44,095 bases of DNA from an uncultured Flavobacteriales bacterium. Its GTDB lineage: Bacteria; Bacteroidota; Bacteroidia; Flavobacteriales_D; Parvicellaceae. Within the stretch, counting starts at the first letter, position 1; each line of letters begins with the position of its first letter. Shown piece by piece: positions 8,574-18,190 of this stretch. The DNA lies in assembly GCA_947311095.1 (NCBI GenBank), contig CAMZKF010000305.1, forward strand, positions 1 through 44,095, written 5' to 3'. A model generated the notes under the pieces. That model ran no database searches and was not told where the DNA came from. It worked only from the letters and a program-made list of their open reading frames with translations. The position numbers were made by a program, and so were the translations under genes.

Positions 8574-9512
8574 ATGATAAAAAAAATAAAATATTACATT
8601 TTCAATAATCCCTTTGTTAGAACGACAAAGAAATGGAGCTCTAAAATCGTACTACCTGGTTTTGAGGGGTTAACGCTGTATGCGGTTGTTATGTTTTTAG
8701 TAGAGTCGTTTCAGAAGGCACAGTACGGGACAAGAAGTGCGGCGATTTCTTTTAAATTTTTTGCTGCTATTTTTCCTTCTTTAGTCTTTTTACTGTCGTT
8801 AATTCCTTATGTTCCGATTGATAATTTTCAAGAAGATTTATTGTTTTATTTGTCGGAGATGTTGCCTCACAACGCTTATTCGTTGATTGAGCATACGATG
8901 AACGATTTAATTACTAGAAAACACAATGTTCTGTTGTCGATTGGTTTTTTGTTTTCATTGTTCTACGCTTCTAATGGATTAAATGCGCTGCTCGATAGTT
9001 TTAACGACTCTTATCAAATAGAGAAAAAAAGAAGTAATTTAAAGCAACGCTTTATCTCTTTTGGAGGTTTTGCTGCTATTACTATATTCTTAATTTTGGC
9101 TATTTCTTCACTCATATTAGGAGAGGTAGCAATTCATACTTTATTTAAAGGAGGTCTGAGTCAAATAGGTAATGTTCTTTTTCACCTTATTCGTTGGGTT
9201 GTGATAATTGGAGGTACTATATTTAGTGTAAGTACGCTTTACAATATTGGGAATCCAGAAAGAAAACAATGGAAGTATTTTTCGTCGGGAGCGACATTGG
9301 CTACCATTACTATTATTTTAGCATCGAAAGGACTTATCTTTTATTTTGATAATTTTGGAAAATACAATGAACTTTACGGCTCTATTGGCTCTTTACTTAT
9401 AGTGTTAATTTGGCTCCAAACAATTAGTTATATTTTATTGGTTGGCTTCGAGTTATCAACCCATACCGACGCACACAGTATAACGGAAGATAAAAAATTA
9501 AACACCCCTTAA
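8574..9512 (+). CDS. YihY/BrkB-family membrane protein
   Basis: 312 aa, multi-pass. Motif RSAAISFKFFAAIFPSLVFLLSL is typical of the YihY family. Confidence 0.75.
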   Translation: MIKKIKYYIFNNPFVRTTKKWSSKIVLPGFEGLTLYAVVMFLVESFQKAQYGTRSAAISFKFFAAIFPSLVFLLSLIPYVPIDNFQEDLLFYLSEMLPHNAYSLIEHTMNDLITRKHNVLLSIGFLFSLFYASNGLNALLDSFNDSYQIEKKRSNLKQRFISFGGFAAITIFLILAISSLILGEVAIHTLFKGGLSQIGNVLFHLIRWVVIIGGTIFSVSTLYNIGNPERKQWKYFSSGATLATITIILASKGLIFYFDNFGKYNELYGSIGSLLIVLIWLQTISYILLVGFELSTHTDAHSITEDKKLNTP

Positions 9513-9516
9513 CAAA

Positions 9517-9684
9517 ATGGAAATATCAAATTCTGATGTATTGCAACTCACTTTTCAAACTTTCTTAATTTTAGTATTGGGAATGGTGCTTTGGCGTTTT
9601 GTAGTTTCTTATTCAAAAAAATCATCAAAACCCAAAGGTAGTTCTTATTTTGACACTAAATATAAAGACAAGTGGAATCGATAG
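9517..9684 (+). CDS. Possible small membrane protein (55 aa), not in the ORF track
   Basis: ATG lies 4 nt after the YihY stop. MEISNSDVLQLTFQTFLILVLGMVLWRFVVSYSKKSSKPKGSSYFDTKYKDKWNR has one TM helix and a basic tail. Only ORF and position evidence. Confidence 0.3.
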   Translation: MEISNSDVLQLTFQTFLILVLGMVLWRFVVSYSKKSSKPKGSSYFDTKYKDKWNR

Positions 9685-9730
9685 TTTTAACGATTTTAAT
9701 TTTAAACAACTCCTGTAACAAACCAAAAAC

Positions 9731-10498
9731 ATGAAACAATTTTTATTTTTAGCTTTATTTTTTCTTTTAACCTTCAACGCTTTTTCTCAAGATATTTTTG
9801 GGCGTAGAAAAAAAGATTTAGTCGAATTTAGAGTTTACAAACAAGGGGGGTGGATTTTTGCACCTGGCTTAACTTACACTCCTGGATATGTGCCTAAGAA
9901 CGACAAAAGAGATCTTAAACAAAAAGGAGGCTTAGGGCTATATGCCGAAATTGGTCGTTTCCGTATTTTTTATGAGGGAGGTAATTTTTTCAATTATTTA
10001 GATTATAGTTTAGCTTTCAAACGCCTCAAAGGAGCAGAAGATTTTAACGGTAACAAAGCCATTTTTAAACAAAATTTTGCTGTTGCTAACTTCAATATTA
10101 ATAATATTTGGCAGTTGGGAGATTATAAATTCATTCAAAATAGTTTAGGGTTAAACTTAGATTATAAATTTTCGGACAGTTACCAACCAAATGGTTCTGA
10201 TGTCCTAGCTCCCAAGAACACCGAAAACCTACTATTTTCACTGCATTATAAAATTGGTTATGGTATAAAAGTTAAGGACAACTTATTTATTATTCCTGCA
10301 CTAGAATTTCCAATTTTGAATGCAATGCAATGGGAAAATGGAAAATCTACTTACGGTATTTTTAGTAGTCGCTACAAACCTGTAATGTTGTCGGTTCGTT
10401 TTGCTTTTTTAAGTAAAAGAGGTACTATGGCATGCCCCGACAATGGACTAACACCTGCGGATAAGAAGAAACAAGAAATGTATCAAATGGGGCAGTAA
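9731..10498 (+). CDS. Hypothetical exported protein, probably an outer-membrane beta-barrel
   Basis: Signal peptide MKQFLFLALFFLLTFNAFSQ, with alternating aromatic/hydrophobic beta-strand-like pattern. Confidence 0.55.
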   Translation: MKQFLFLALFFLLTFNAFSQDIFGRRKKDLVEFRVYKQGGWIFAPGLTYTPGYVPKNDKRDLKQKGGLGLYAEIGRFRIFYEGGNFFNYLDYSLAFKRLKGAEDFNGNKAIFKQNFAVANFNINNIWQLGDYKFIQNSLGLNLDYKFSDSYQPNGSDVLAPKNTENLLFSLHYKIGYGIKVKDNLFIIPALEFPILNAMQWENGKSTYGIFSSRYKPVMLSVRFAFLSKRGTMACPDNGLTPADKKKQEMYQMGQ

Positions 10499-10505
10499 TT
10501 TCAAA

Positions 10506-11387
10506 TTACCCCCAAATAATTCTAAAAACAAGAGAGTGATTTAAGCCAAAAGGTTTTAAATTAGCATACATTTTGGTTCTTACAAACAAGGCGTTATAAT
10601 TCAAGTCAAAGGTAAATTTATCGTTGAATTTATATTTCATTCCTGTTCCTATACCACCTCCAAAACCTGTTCCTCCTGTAGGGCGACTAGCTTTAAACAC
10701 ATTTTGGTTTCCGTTTTGACCATTGATGTAATTGTTGTGCAATATTTGATAATTAACTCCATTAATTCTAAAATAATTCTTCTCTAATTTTGCATTATTC
10801 ACATTTGCAAAAAAGTTAAAATAACCAATTGCCAATCCATCATTATAATAATTGGTTTGCACTCCCACATTCAAATTTGTTCGACTTTCTTGTCCAAAAA
10901 CGGGAATTTGTTCTAATCTAGGTTGACCAATCAAAGTTGGGTCATTGGAATTAGCAACAGCTACGGTAAACACATTCTTAAAATTTATTTTAGCATAATT
11001 TAATTCCGCATAAACAGCCACAGACTCATCTAGCTTTATACCTGCATGTCCTCCTATATTCATGGCTACTTGGTAGGTCGCTTCTTCAGGGCTTGCAAAA
11101 CCTACAATCTTATAATCGTATTTAAAATATTGGAAAACGGCCTGTTTAAAAAAGTAATTGTTAAAATAATAATTTGCGCCATAATACCCCTCATTCTTCG
11201 TTCCGTCTTCAAAATAATCATAGCCAGCGTTATACATTATAGCCGTTTTCTTGTTTGCCTTAAAAGCTCCAATATTTATCCCCAAAAACAAACTAGCTCC
11301 CTCTTCTTCTGTCTCCATTTCCTCGTCATTTTGAGCATTCATCGACAACGTTAAAACTCCTATTAAGGTCAATAATAAATATTTCAT
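10506..11387 (-). CDS. Hypothetical exported protein, probably an outer-membrane beta-barrel
   Basis: Signal peptide MKYLLLTLIGVLTLSMNAQ. Gly/aromatic-rich strand pattern and C-terminal ...HSLVFRIIWG. Confidence 0.55.
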   Translation of the reverse strand: MKYLLLTLIGVLTLSMNAQNDEEMETEEEGASLFLGINIGAFKANKKTAIMYNAGYDYFEDGTKNEGYYGANYYFNNYFFKQAVFQYFKYDYKIVGFASPEEATYQVAMNIGGHAGIKLDESVAVYAELNYAKINFKNVFTVAVANSNDPTLIGQPRLEQIPVFGQESRTNLNVGVQTNYYNDGLAIGYFNFFANVNNAKLEKNYFRINGVNYQILHNNYINGQNGNQNVFKASRPTGGTGFGGGIGTGMKYKFNDKFTFDLNYNALFVRTKMYANLKPFGLNHSLVFRIIWG

Positions 11388-11395
11388 TTCTTTTA

Positions 11396-11492
11396 TTTTG
11401 GGCGTAACCCCGATAAAATAATCGGGGTCGCGCTATTCGTTTCAATCTTTTTATGAAAAATAAAAAGGATTTCCTCTACTATCGCTTACGCA
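11396..11492 (-). repeat. Divergent copy C of the intergenic repeat (minus orientation) with an inserted perfect hairpin
   Basis: The reverse complement reads ...CGTAAGCGATAG...T-run...AAAGAT..ACGAATAGCGCG[ACCCCGAT-loop-ATCGGGGT]TACGCCCAAAA. It shares the CGAATAG...ACGCCCAAAA end block with copies A and B. 8-bp hairpin at 11407-11428. Confidence 0.55.
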
Positions 11493-11519
11493 AATCAGCA
11501 CAAACATCAAATTATCCTA

Positions 11520-13523
11520 CTACAATTTTAACAAACTTAATAATTGTTCTTCAAATCGTTTTTTTGGTAAAAAATCATCTTCCAGAGCTGTTGCAAAAGG
11601 TACAGGAGTATCCAAACTAGCACTTCTAATGACGGGAGCATCTAAAGCTTCAAAACAATTTTCGGTAATCAAAGCCGATAATTCGCCTCCTATACCTCCA
11701 GTCATACAAGCTTCGTGCAAGACAATAACTTTTCCAGTTTTTCTTACCGAATCATAAATAGCTTCGGTATCTAAAGGTAATAACGTTCTCAAATCGATTA
11801 AATCAGCATTTATTTCAGGATATTTTTCTAACACTTCTAATCCCCAATGTACTCCCATTCCATAAGTAATAATAGAAATATCATTCCCTTCTTTTATTCG
11901 ATTTGCTTTTCCAATTTCTACAGTATAATAATCGTCAAAAACGTCTTCGCTAATACTTCGATACAGTGCTTTATGCTCAAAAACCATTACAGGATTAGGG
12001 TCTTCTATTGCAGCTGCTAACAAGCCTTTAGCATCGCCAGGAAAAGCAGGGTAAACAATTTTTAAACCAGGTGTATGAAAAAACCACGCTTCGGTACTTT
12101 GAGAATGAAAAGGTCCTGCTCCGACCCCCGCCCCAGTAGGCATACGTATAACAACATCGGCATTTTCACCCCATCTATAATGTAATTTTGCTAAATTATT
12201 TACAATTTGATTAAATCCAACCGTTACAAAATCAGAGAACTGCATTTCCATAATTCCTTTATACCCATTGATAGACAAACCTAAAGCCGCCCCAACAATT
12301 GCCGATTCGCATATCGGAGTGTTTCGAATTCTTCCTTTTCCAAATTGTTCTAAAAAGCCATCGGTGATTTTAAAAACACCTCCGTATTCTGCAATATCTT
12401 GTCCCATTATTACAGTGTTGTCAAATTTTTCCATCGACTGTCTTAATCCATCTGAGAGCGCATCAATCAATCGTTTATTAGTTTTAGTCGCATTAGTAGG
12501 GATTGTAGTTGCTGTTTGATGTGCTTTAAACAGCATTTTATATTCACGTTCTGTATCTGCTTGTATTTCTGGTGCCGCATCAGCTTGTTTCCATTTTGTA
12601 TTAATTTCTGCTTTTATAGACGCTCGTAAATCAGTTATCATTTCTTGGGTCAATACTTTTTCATCTAACAAGAAGCGTTCAAAATTATCGACAGGGTCTT
12701 TAACTGCCCATTTATCTTGTATTCCTTCTGGATAGTATTTTGTACCCGAAGCCTCTTCGTGTCCTCTCATTCTAAAGGACATTAATTCTATTAAAATTGG
12801 GCGAGGATTTTCAACAATAGAAGCCCTTGCTTTACTTATTGTTTCGTAAACGTCTATCAAATTGTTTCCGTCGGCTTGAATGGCTTCCATTCCATATCCA
12901 ATTCCTTTATCTATAAATTGTTTACACCTAAATTGTTCTTTAGAGGGAGTAGATAAGCCCCATTGGTTATTTTCAACTACAAAAATAACAGGTAAGTCCC
13001 AAACAGCAGCAACGTTTAACGCTTCATGAAAATCACCTTCACTTGCTCCTCCGTCTCCCGTAAAAACAATCGTTACTTTTTTATTGTCAGATAATTTATT
13101 TCCCAATGCAATTCCATCGGCAATCCCCAATTGAGGGCCTAAATGAGAAATCATACCTACAATATGATTTTCTTTCGTTCCAAAATGAAAAGAACGGTCG
13201 TGCCCATTGGTATAACCATTTTCTTTTCCTTGAAACTGCATAAACAAACGTTCCAAAGGTAATTTACGAGTCGTGAAAACACCCAAATTACGGTGCATTG
13301 GCAACATGTATTCATCTTCTTGCATAGCCAAAGCACATCCAACCGAAATAGCTTCTTGTCCAACACCCGAAAACCATTTAGAAATTTTTCCTTGACGCAA
13401 GAGAATCATCATTTTATCTTCAATTAAGCGAGGCAATAAAATAGCCTTATAAAATGCGAGTAATTCATCGTTTGATAACGCTTTACGATTAAATTGAATT
13501 GGTTTAAAATGTGTAGTTGTCAT
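11520..13523 (-). CDS. Fused 2-oxoacid dehydrogenase E1 component, alpha plus beta subunits (TPP-dependent)
   Basis: 667 aa. The N-terminal half has the TPP motif GDGGASEGDFHEALNVAAVWDLPVIFVVENNQWG. The C-terminal half is E1-beta/transketolase-like (GQDIAEYGGVFKIT...NTPICESAIVG). Confidence 0.85.
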   Translation of the reverse strand: MTTTHFKPIQFNRKALSNDELLAFYKAILLPRLIEDKMMILLRQGKISKWFSGVGQEAISVGCALAMQEDEYMLPMHRNLGVFTTRKLPLERLFMQFQGKENGYTNGHDRSFHFGTKENHIVGMISHLGPQLGIADGIALGNKLSDNKKVTIVFTGDGGASEGDFHEALNVAAVWDLPVIFVVENNQWGLSTPSKEQFRCKQFIDKGIGYGMEAIQADGNNLIDVYETISKARASIVENPRPILIELMSFRMRGHEEASGTKYYPEGIQDKWAVKDPVDNFERFLLDEKVLTQEMITDLRASIKAEINTKWKQADAAPEIQADTEREYKMLFKAHQTATTIPTNATKTNKRLIDALSDGLRQSMEKFDNTVIMGQDIAEYGGVFKITDGFLEQFGKGRIRNTPICESAIVGAALGLSINGYKGIMEMQFSDFVTVGFNQIVNNLAKLHYRWGENADVVIRMPTGAGVGAGPFHSQSTEAWFFHTPGLKIVYPAFPGDAKGLLAAAIEDPNPVMVFEHKALYRSISEDVFDDYYTVEIGKANRIKEGNDISIITYGMGVHWGLEVLEKYPEINADLIDLRTLLPLDTEAIYDSVRKTGKVIVLHEACMTGGIGGELSALITENCFEALDAPVIRSASLDTPVPFATALEDDFLPKKRFEEQLLSLLKL

Positions 13524-13694
13524 AATTTTAAATAAATTTAGACTTCAAAAATAGATAAAAACATTTGCTTATTACGATTATGTAGGACGTTTTTTTGTTT
13601 AAAAAAGCACAAAAGGAAGAATTATAATAACTATTTAAACGCATAGTGAATAAAAAAAACATTAGCAATAGACAATAAATAAATCACTTTTACG

Positions 13695-13702
13695 TATATT
13701 TG
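13695..13702 (+). promoter_or_regulatory. Candidate -7 box (TATATTTG) for porV
   Basis: Exact TAnnTTTG, 19 nt upstream of the ATG at 13722. Confidence 0.45.
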
Positions 13703-13721
13703 TTTTCACATAGAATTTAAC

Positions 13722-14981
13722 ATGAATTTAAAAAATAAGATTACAACGGTTTTACTAGGAGGTTTTTTAGCTTCAAACGGCGTTTCTTACGCTCAAATTT
13801 CAAGTCAACAACTTTCAGGAAAGAAGATAAATACCATTACTACTGCGGTGCCTTTTTTATTGATTACCCCTGATTCTAGGTCTGGAGCTATGGGTGATGT
13901 TGGAGCTGCAATTAGCCCTGATGCAAATTCAATGCATTGGAATGCTTCAAAATTAGCATTCATAAAAAAAGATGCTGGATTTTCAATGTCGTATTCTCCT
14001 TGGTTAAGAAAATTGGTTAACGATATTAATTTAGCGTATATTACAGGTTACAAAAAAATAGACGACATGTCAGCTGTTAGTGCTTCGTTGCGTTATTTTT
14101 CACTAGGAAACATTACATTTACAGATCAAACAGGAGGACGAGTTCGTGATTTTAATCCTAATGAATTTGCATTAAGTGGTGCGTACGCTCGTAAGATGAG
14201 TGAGAATATTTCAATGGGATTAGCATTAAGGTATATAAATTCAAACCTGACAGGAGGAACTCCTGTAAATGGAGCGGTAACCAAAGCAGGTCAATCAATA
14301 GCTGCAGATGTGTCTGCTTTCTATCAATCAAATGAATTTGACGTAAGTGGTAAAGACGCAACGCTTGCCGTAGGATTAAATATTTCAAATATAGGAAGTA
14401 AAATGTCTTACTCTAATTCGTCTGACAATAAAGATTTTATCCCAACTAACTTAAGGCTAGGAACAGCCTTTAATATGGAAATAGACGAATACAATAAGTT
14501 TACAATAGCGCTAGATGCGAATAAATTATTAGTAGCTACTAATCCTGTATATAAAACAGATGAGAATGGTCAAATAGTTTTAGATCCTAACACCAATAAT
14601 CCTGTTGTCTTTTCTGGAAGAAGTAACAACGTAGGGGTTGCTTCTAGTATATTTGGTTCTTTTTCTGATGCTCCTGGTATTGTTCTTAAAGATGAAAATG
14701 GTCAAACAATAGGCGTAAAAAAAGGAAGTAAATTCAAAGAAGAGTTATCGGAGGTTAATTTATCTTTGGGTGCCGAATATTTTTACAACAACGTTTTTGC
14801 GGTAAGAGCTGGGTATTTTTATGAAGCTCCAACAAAAGGAAATAGACAATTTGTATCTTTTGGAGCAGGTATTAAATATCAAGTGTTTCAGTTAGATTTA
14901 TCTTATTTAGTAGCATTAACACAGCAAAGTCCAATTGCAAATACTATCCGTTTTTCTCTATTATTTAATTTTGGAGAATAA
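13722..14981 (+). CDS. porV: Type IX secretion system outer-membrane shuttle protein PorV (LptO)
   Basis: 419 aa with signal peptide. N-terminal signature TAVPFLLITPDSRSGAMGDVGAAISPDANSMHWNASKLAF is typical of PorV. Confidence 0.85.
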   Translation: MNLKNKITTVLLGGFLASNGVSYAQISSQQLSGKKINTITTAVPFLLITPDSRSGAMGDVGAAISPDANSMHWNASKLAFIKKDAGFSMSYSPWLRKLVNDINLAYITGYKKIDDMSAVSASLRYFSLGNITFTDQTGGRVRDFNPNEFALSGAYARKMSENISMGLALRYINSNLTGGTPVNGAVTKAGQSIAADVSAFYQSNEFDVSGKDATLAVGLNISNIGSKMSYSNSSDNKDFIPTNLRLGTAFNMEIDEYNKFTIALDANKLLVATNPVYKTDENGQIVLDPNTNNPVVFSGRSNNVGVASSIFGSFSDAPGIVLKDENGQTIGVKKGSKFKEELSEVNLSLGAEYFYNNVFAVRAGYFYEAPTKGNRQFVSFGAGIKYQVFQLDLSYLVALTQQSPIANTIRFSLLFNFGE

Positions 14982-15001
14982 TTAACATTTAATATTCAAA
15001 T

Positions 15002-15034
15002 AAAAAAAGAGCTGATTAACCAGCTCTTTTTTTT
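15002..15034 (+). terminator. Rho-independent terminator after porV
   Basis: Stem AGAGCTG (15008-15014) / CAGCTCT (15021-15027), loop ATTAAC, T-run 15028-15034. Confidence 0.8.
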
Positions 15035-15108
15035 GTTTAAGTAGTTAACCAAGTTGTTTTCATTAAAATTACTTTTTTTTTTGATAGCTAAACTTCAACT
15101 TTTTCACG

Positions 15109-15116
15109 TATATTTG
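15109..15116 (+). promoter_or_regulatory. Candidate -7 box (TATATTTG) upstream of the substrate-binding lipoprotein gene
   Basis: Exact TAnnTTTG, ~115 nt upstream of the ATG at 15231. Confidence 0.35.
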
Positions 15117-15230
15117 CATATTAGTTTTTGAACTAAAGTCAATAAAATAAATTGTATTTCATTGTATAACAAAAGTTTAAAATGATTTATAAAAAAAACA
15201 TTGGTTAATTAAAAAAGAAATTTGTTTATT

Positions 15231-17014
15231 ATGAAGATGATTAGAAACACATATTTAGCACTATTTGGTAGTCTTTTTTTGCTATATAGTTGTGGAGGGG
15301 AGGTAGCAAAAGATACACAAGAGGAAATAAAATCGGAGCAAAAGCGCATAGCTACGGGAACAGTGTTGAATCATGGTAAAGAAATTCCGATAAAATATGG
15401 GGGACTATTTCGAATGAATGAAAGTTCGACATTTAAAACTTTATTTCCTCAAAGCATTGGTGATTTGGTGAGTGTACATATCGCAAGTCAAGTTTATGAA
15501 GGTTTAGTCAAATTCAATAAGAAAACATTAGAAGTAGAGCCTTGCATTGCCAAAAGTTTTACCCCAAATGAAGATGCTTCTGTTTGGACTTTCAAGTTAA
15601 ACGAAAATGTGTTTTTCCATGACGACGATTGTTTTACAAATGGAAAAGGAAGACAAGTAAAAGCTCAAGATATTAAATATTGCTTAGATTTGTTGAGTAC
15701 AGCTTATCCTCAAAATAAGAATTTTTATGTCATCCAAAATAAAATATTAGGGGCAAATGAAAATTATAAACTAACTGGAGAAGGTAAGACAATTGAAGGA
15801 GGTGTAAAAGGAGTAAAAGTTATCGATGACTTTACACTTGAAATAACATTAAGTAATTCTTTGTCCTTTTTTCCTAAGTTATTGGCTCATAATTCTTGTT
15901 GGATTTTTCCTAAAGAAGCTTTTGAAAAATACGGAGAAGATATGAGAACACATACTGTTGGTACAGGTCCTTTTTTAGTGCAAGCAATAAAAGAAGGGAA
16001 TCAAGTTCGATTAAAACGAAACGCGAATTACTGGAGAAAAGATAAATTTGGAAATCAATTACCTTATATCGACTTAGTTAAAATTACATTTACGAAAGAT
16101 AAAAAGTCAGAGTTATCAAACTTTAAGAAAGATAATTTAGACATGATTGTAAAACTACCCGTAGATGAAATGGAGGCTGTTTTAGTTGGGTTAGATGAAG
16201 CTGTTAAAGGAAGTAATACTCCATTTGATTATCAACAAACAGAAGCAATGGAAATATTGAATTATGATTTTTCACATCATAAAGAAATCTTTAAAGATAT
16301 AAGGGTTAGAAAAGCTTTTTGCTATGCAATAAATAGAAAAAGTATTATTCAATATACCTTAAGAGGGGAAGGAGAACCTGCAACCCATGGAATAATTCCT
16401 AAATCGAGTAATTATGACAATACAGTAAAAAAGGGTTTGAATACAATCCTGAAAAAGCTAGGGAACTACTTGCTGAAGCGGGTTATCCTAATGGCGTTGG
16501 ATTTCCCAAAGTAACCCTTACGCTTAGTGAAGGAGGAGGGCGAAACAGTAGAATTGCGGAAGTAGTATATAGTATGTTGCAAAAAAACTTAGGAATACGC
16601 ATTGACGTGGACATTATTCCATTTACTACAATTTTAGAAAAAATGAACAACGGAAGCCTTTCTTTTTATAGAAGGTCTTGGGTTGCTGACTATCCAGATG
16701 CTTCTTCATTTTTAGAAATGTACTATGGAAAATCAGTTCCAAAAGATACGTTAGAAGCATCTATGATAAATACTTCTAGGTATCAAAACCCAATTTACGA
16801 TTCAATATTTGAACTAGCAATGAAAGCTCCTGACGAAAAAAGCAGAGAGAAACTATATCAACAATGTGATCAAATATTAATAGACGATGCCGCTACACTT
16901 CCTATTTTTTATTCGGAATACGTGAGGCTTGTAAAAGCTAATGTAATTGGCTTTCCTATTAACGCTATGGATTATCGAGATTTATCAACTGTATTTTTCT
17001 CATCTAAGAAATAA
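15231..17014 (+). pseudogene. ABC-transporter family-5 (peptide/nickel, OppA-like) substrate-binding lipoprotein, split by a frameshift in an A6 tract
   Basis: Lipoprotein signal MKMIRNTYLALFGSLFLLYSC. The reading frame changes at A-run 16427-16432. The -1 frame continues as GFEYNPEKARELLAEAGYPNGVGFPKVTLTLSEGG...SMLQKNLG, joining track ORFs 15222-16514 and 16574-17014. Confidence 0.8.
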
Positions 17015-17023
17015 AAAAAGAAT

Positions 17024-18031
17024 ATGAAAAACAAACTATTTTTCTCTGCTATATTAATAGCTTCTATAACAGCTTGTGTACCTGCACGAAAATTTGAAGA
17101 CCTACAAAAAAAAGAAAAAGCGTGTGCTGATGAAGTGACGAAAGTTAAAGCTCAAAACTTAGCTTACGAAACTAAAAACACAGAATTAAATTCTAAAGTA
17201 GAGCTTTTAAATAAAGGAGTTAACCGATTAAAGGCAGATACTTCTTTGTTAGGTAAATCGCTAAGAATGAAAGAGCGTCAATACGACAAAATAAATGCCT
17301 TAAATGAGCGAATCCAAGACCAGTTAGAATCTTTGCAACGAGGGAGTACCATTGAGAATCAACGATTAATGAATGACCTTACTGCTACAAGAGTAGAGTT
17401 ACAAAGAAAAGAAGATGAACTAAACAGACTAGCTAAAGAACTAAAACTTTTAGAGGCAAAGCTAAACAAAAAAGAAGCGACTTTAAATCAATTGTCAGCA
17501 GATTTAGAAAGTAGAGAGCAACGCGTTAAAGAGCTTGAAGCAATGATAGCTAAAAAAGACGCAGCAGTAAAAGCCTTGAAAGATAAAGTAACTGACGCGC
17601 TATTAGGTTTTAAAGACAAAGGGCTTACCATAGAACAGAAAAATGGAAGAGTTTATGTTAGTTTAGAAGCTAAACTTTTATTTCCTTCGGGAAGTACTCA
17701 AATAAATGCTGAAGGAAAAAACGCTTTAATACAATTGGCAGAAGCATTGCAGGACCAAACAGATTTAGACTTATTGGTAGAAGGACATACAGATACGGAC
17801 AAATTGAAATCGGCTTCTCACCCAAAAGACAATTGGGAACTTAGTGTTTTAAGAGCAACTAGCGTTGTTGAAATAATGCTTGCAAATTCGACAATAGATC
17901 CTAAAACAATAACAGCTGCTGGTAGAAGTTCTTTTTTACCCGTAGATGAAACTAACAAAGCTAAGAATAGGAGAATAGAAGTCATTCTTATTCCAAACTT
18001 AGATGAATTGTTTGATCTTATTTCAAAATAA
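17024..18031 (+). CDS. OmpA-family lipoprotein with long coiled-coil region
   Basis: Lipobox LIASITAC, ~170 aa of heptad-like charged sequence, and a C-terminal OmpA/MotB peptidoglycan-binding domain (GHTDTD...NRRIEVILIP). Confidence 0.8.
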   Translation: MKNKLFFSAILIASITACVPARKFEDLQKKEKACADEVTKVKAQNLAYETKNTELNSKVELLNKGVNRLKADTSLLGKSLRMKERQYDKINALNERIQDQLESLQRGSTIENQRLMNDLTATRVELQRKEDELNRLAKELKLLEAKLNKKEATLNQLSADLESREQRVKELEAMIAKKDAAVKALKDKVTDALLGFKDKGLTIEQKNGRVYVSLEAKLLFPSGSTQINAEGKNALIQLAEALQDQTDLDLLVEGHTDTDKLKSASHPKDNWELSVLRATSVVEIMLANSTIDPKTITAAGRSSFLPVDETNKAKNRRIEVILIPNLDELFDLISK

Positions 18032-18052
18032 AAAGCCGTTAAAGATGTAATA

Positions 18053-18082
18053 AAAAAGCCTGAATTAATTCAGGCTTTTTTT
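18053..18082 (+). terminator. Rho-independent terminator after the OmpA-family gene
   Basis: Stem AGCCTGA (18057-18063) / TCAGGCT (18070-18076), then T-run 18076-18082. Confidence 0.8.
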
Positions 18083-18190
18083 ATGAAAACACTTCAGAAA
18101 GCAGGCTTGATTATGACCCATAATACCAAATGAATAATGAAATACGATAATAAAACTATTAAATTTCATTTCATTATTGGTAATCAATGC

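Noticed and set aside
18120-18190. Imperfect inverted repeat (CCAAATGAATAATGAAAT ... ATTTCATTTCATTATTGG) between the OmpA-family gene and the protease gene.
   Set aside because: The arms pair only with bulges and are almost pure A/T. It may be a weak terminator for the protease gene but is not convincing enough to annotate.
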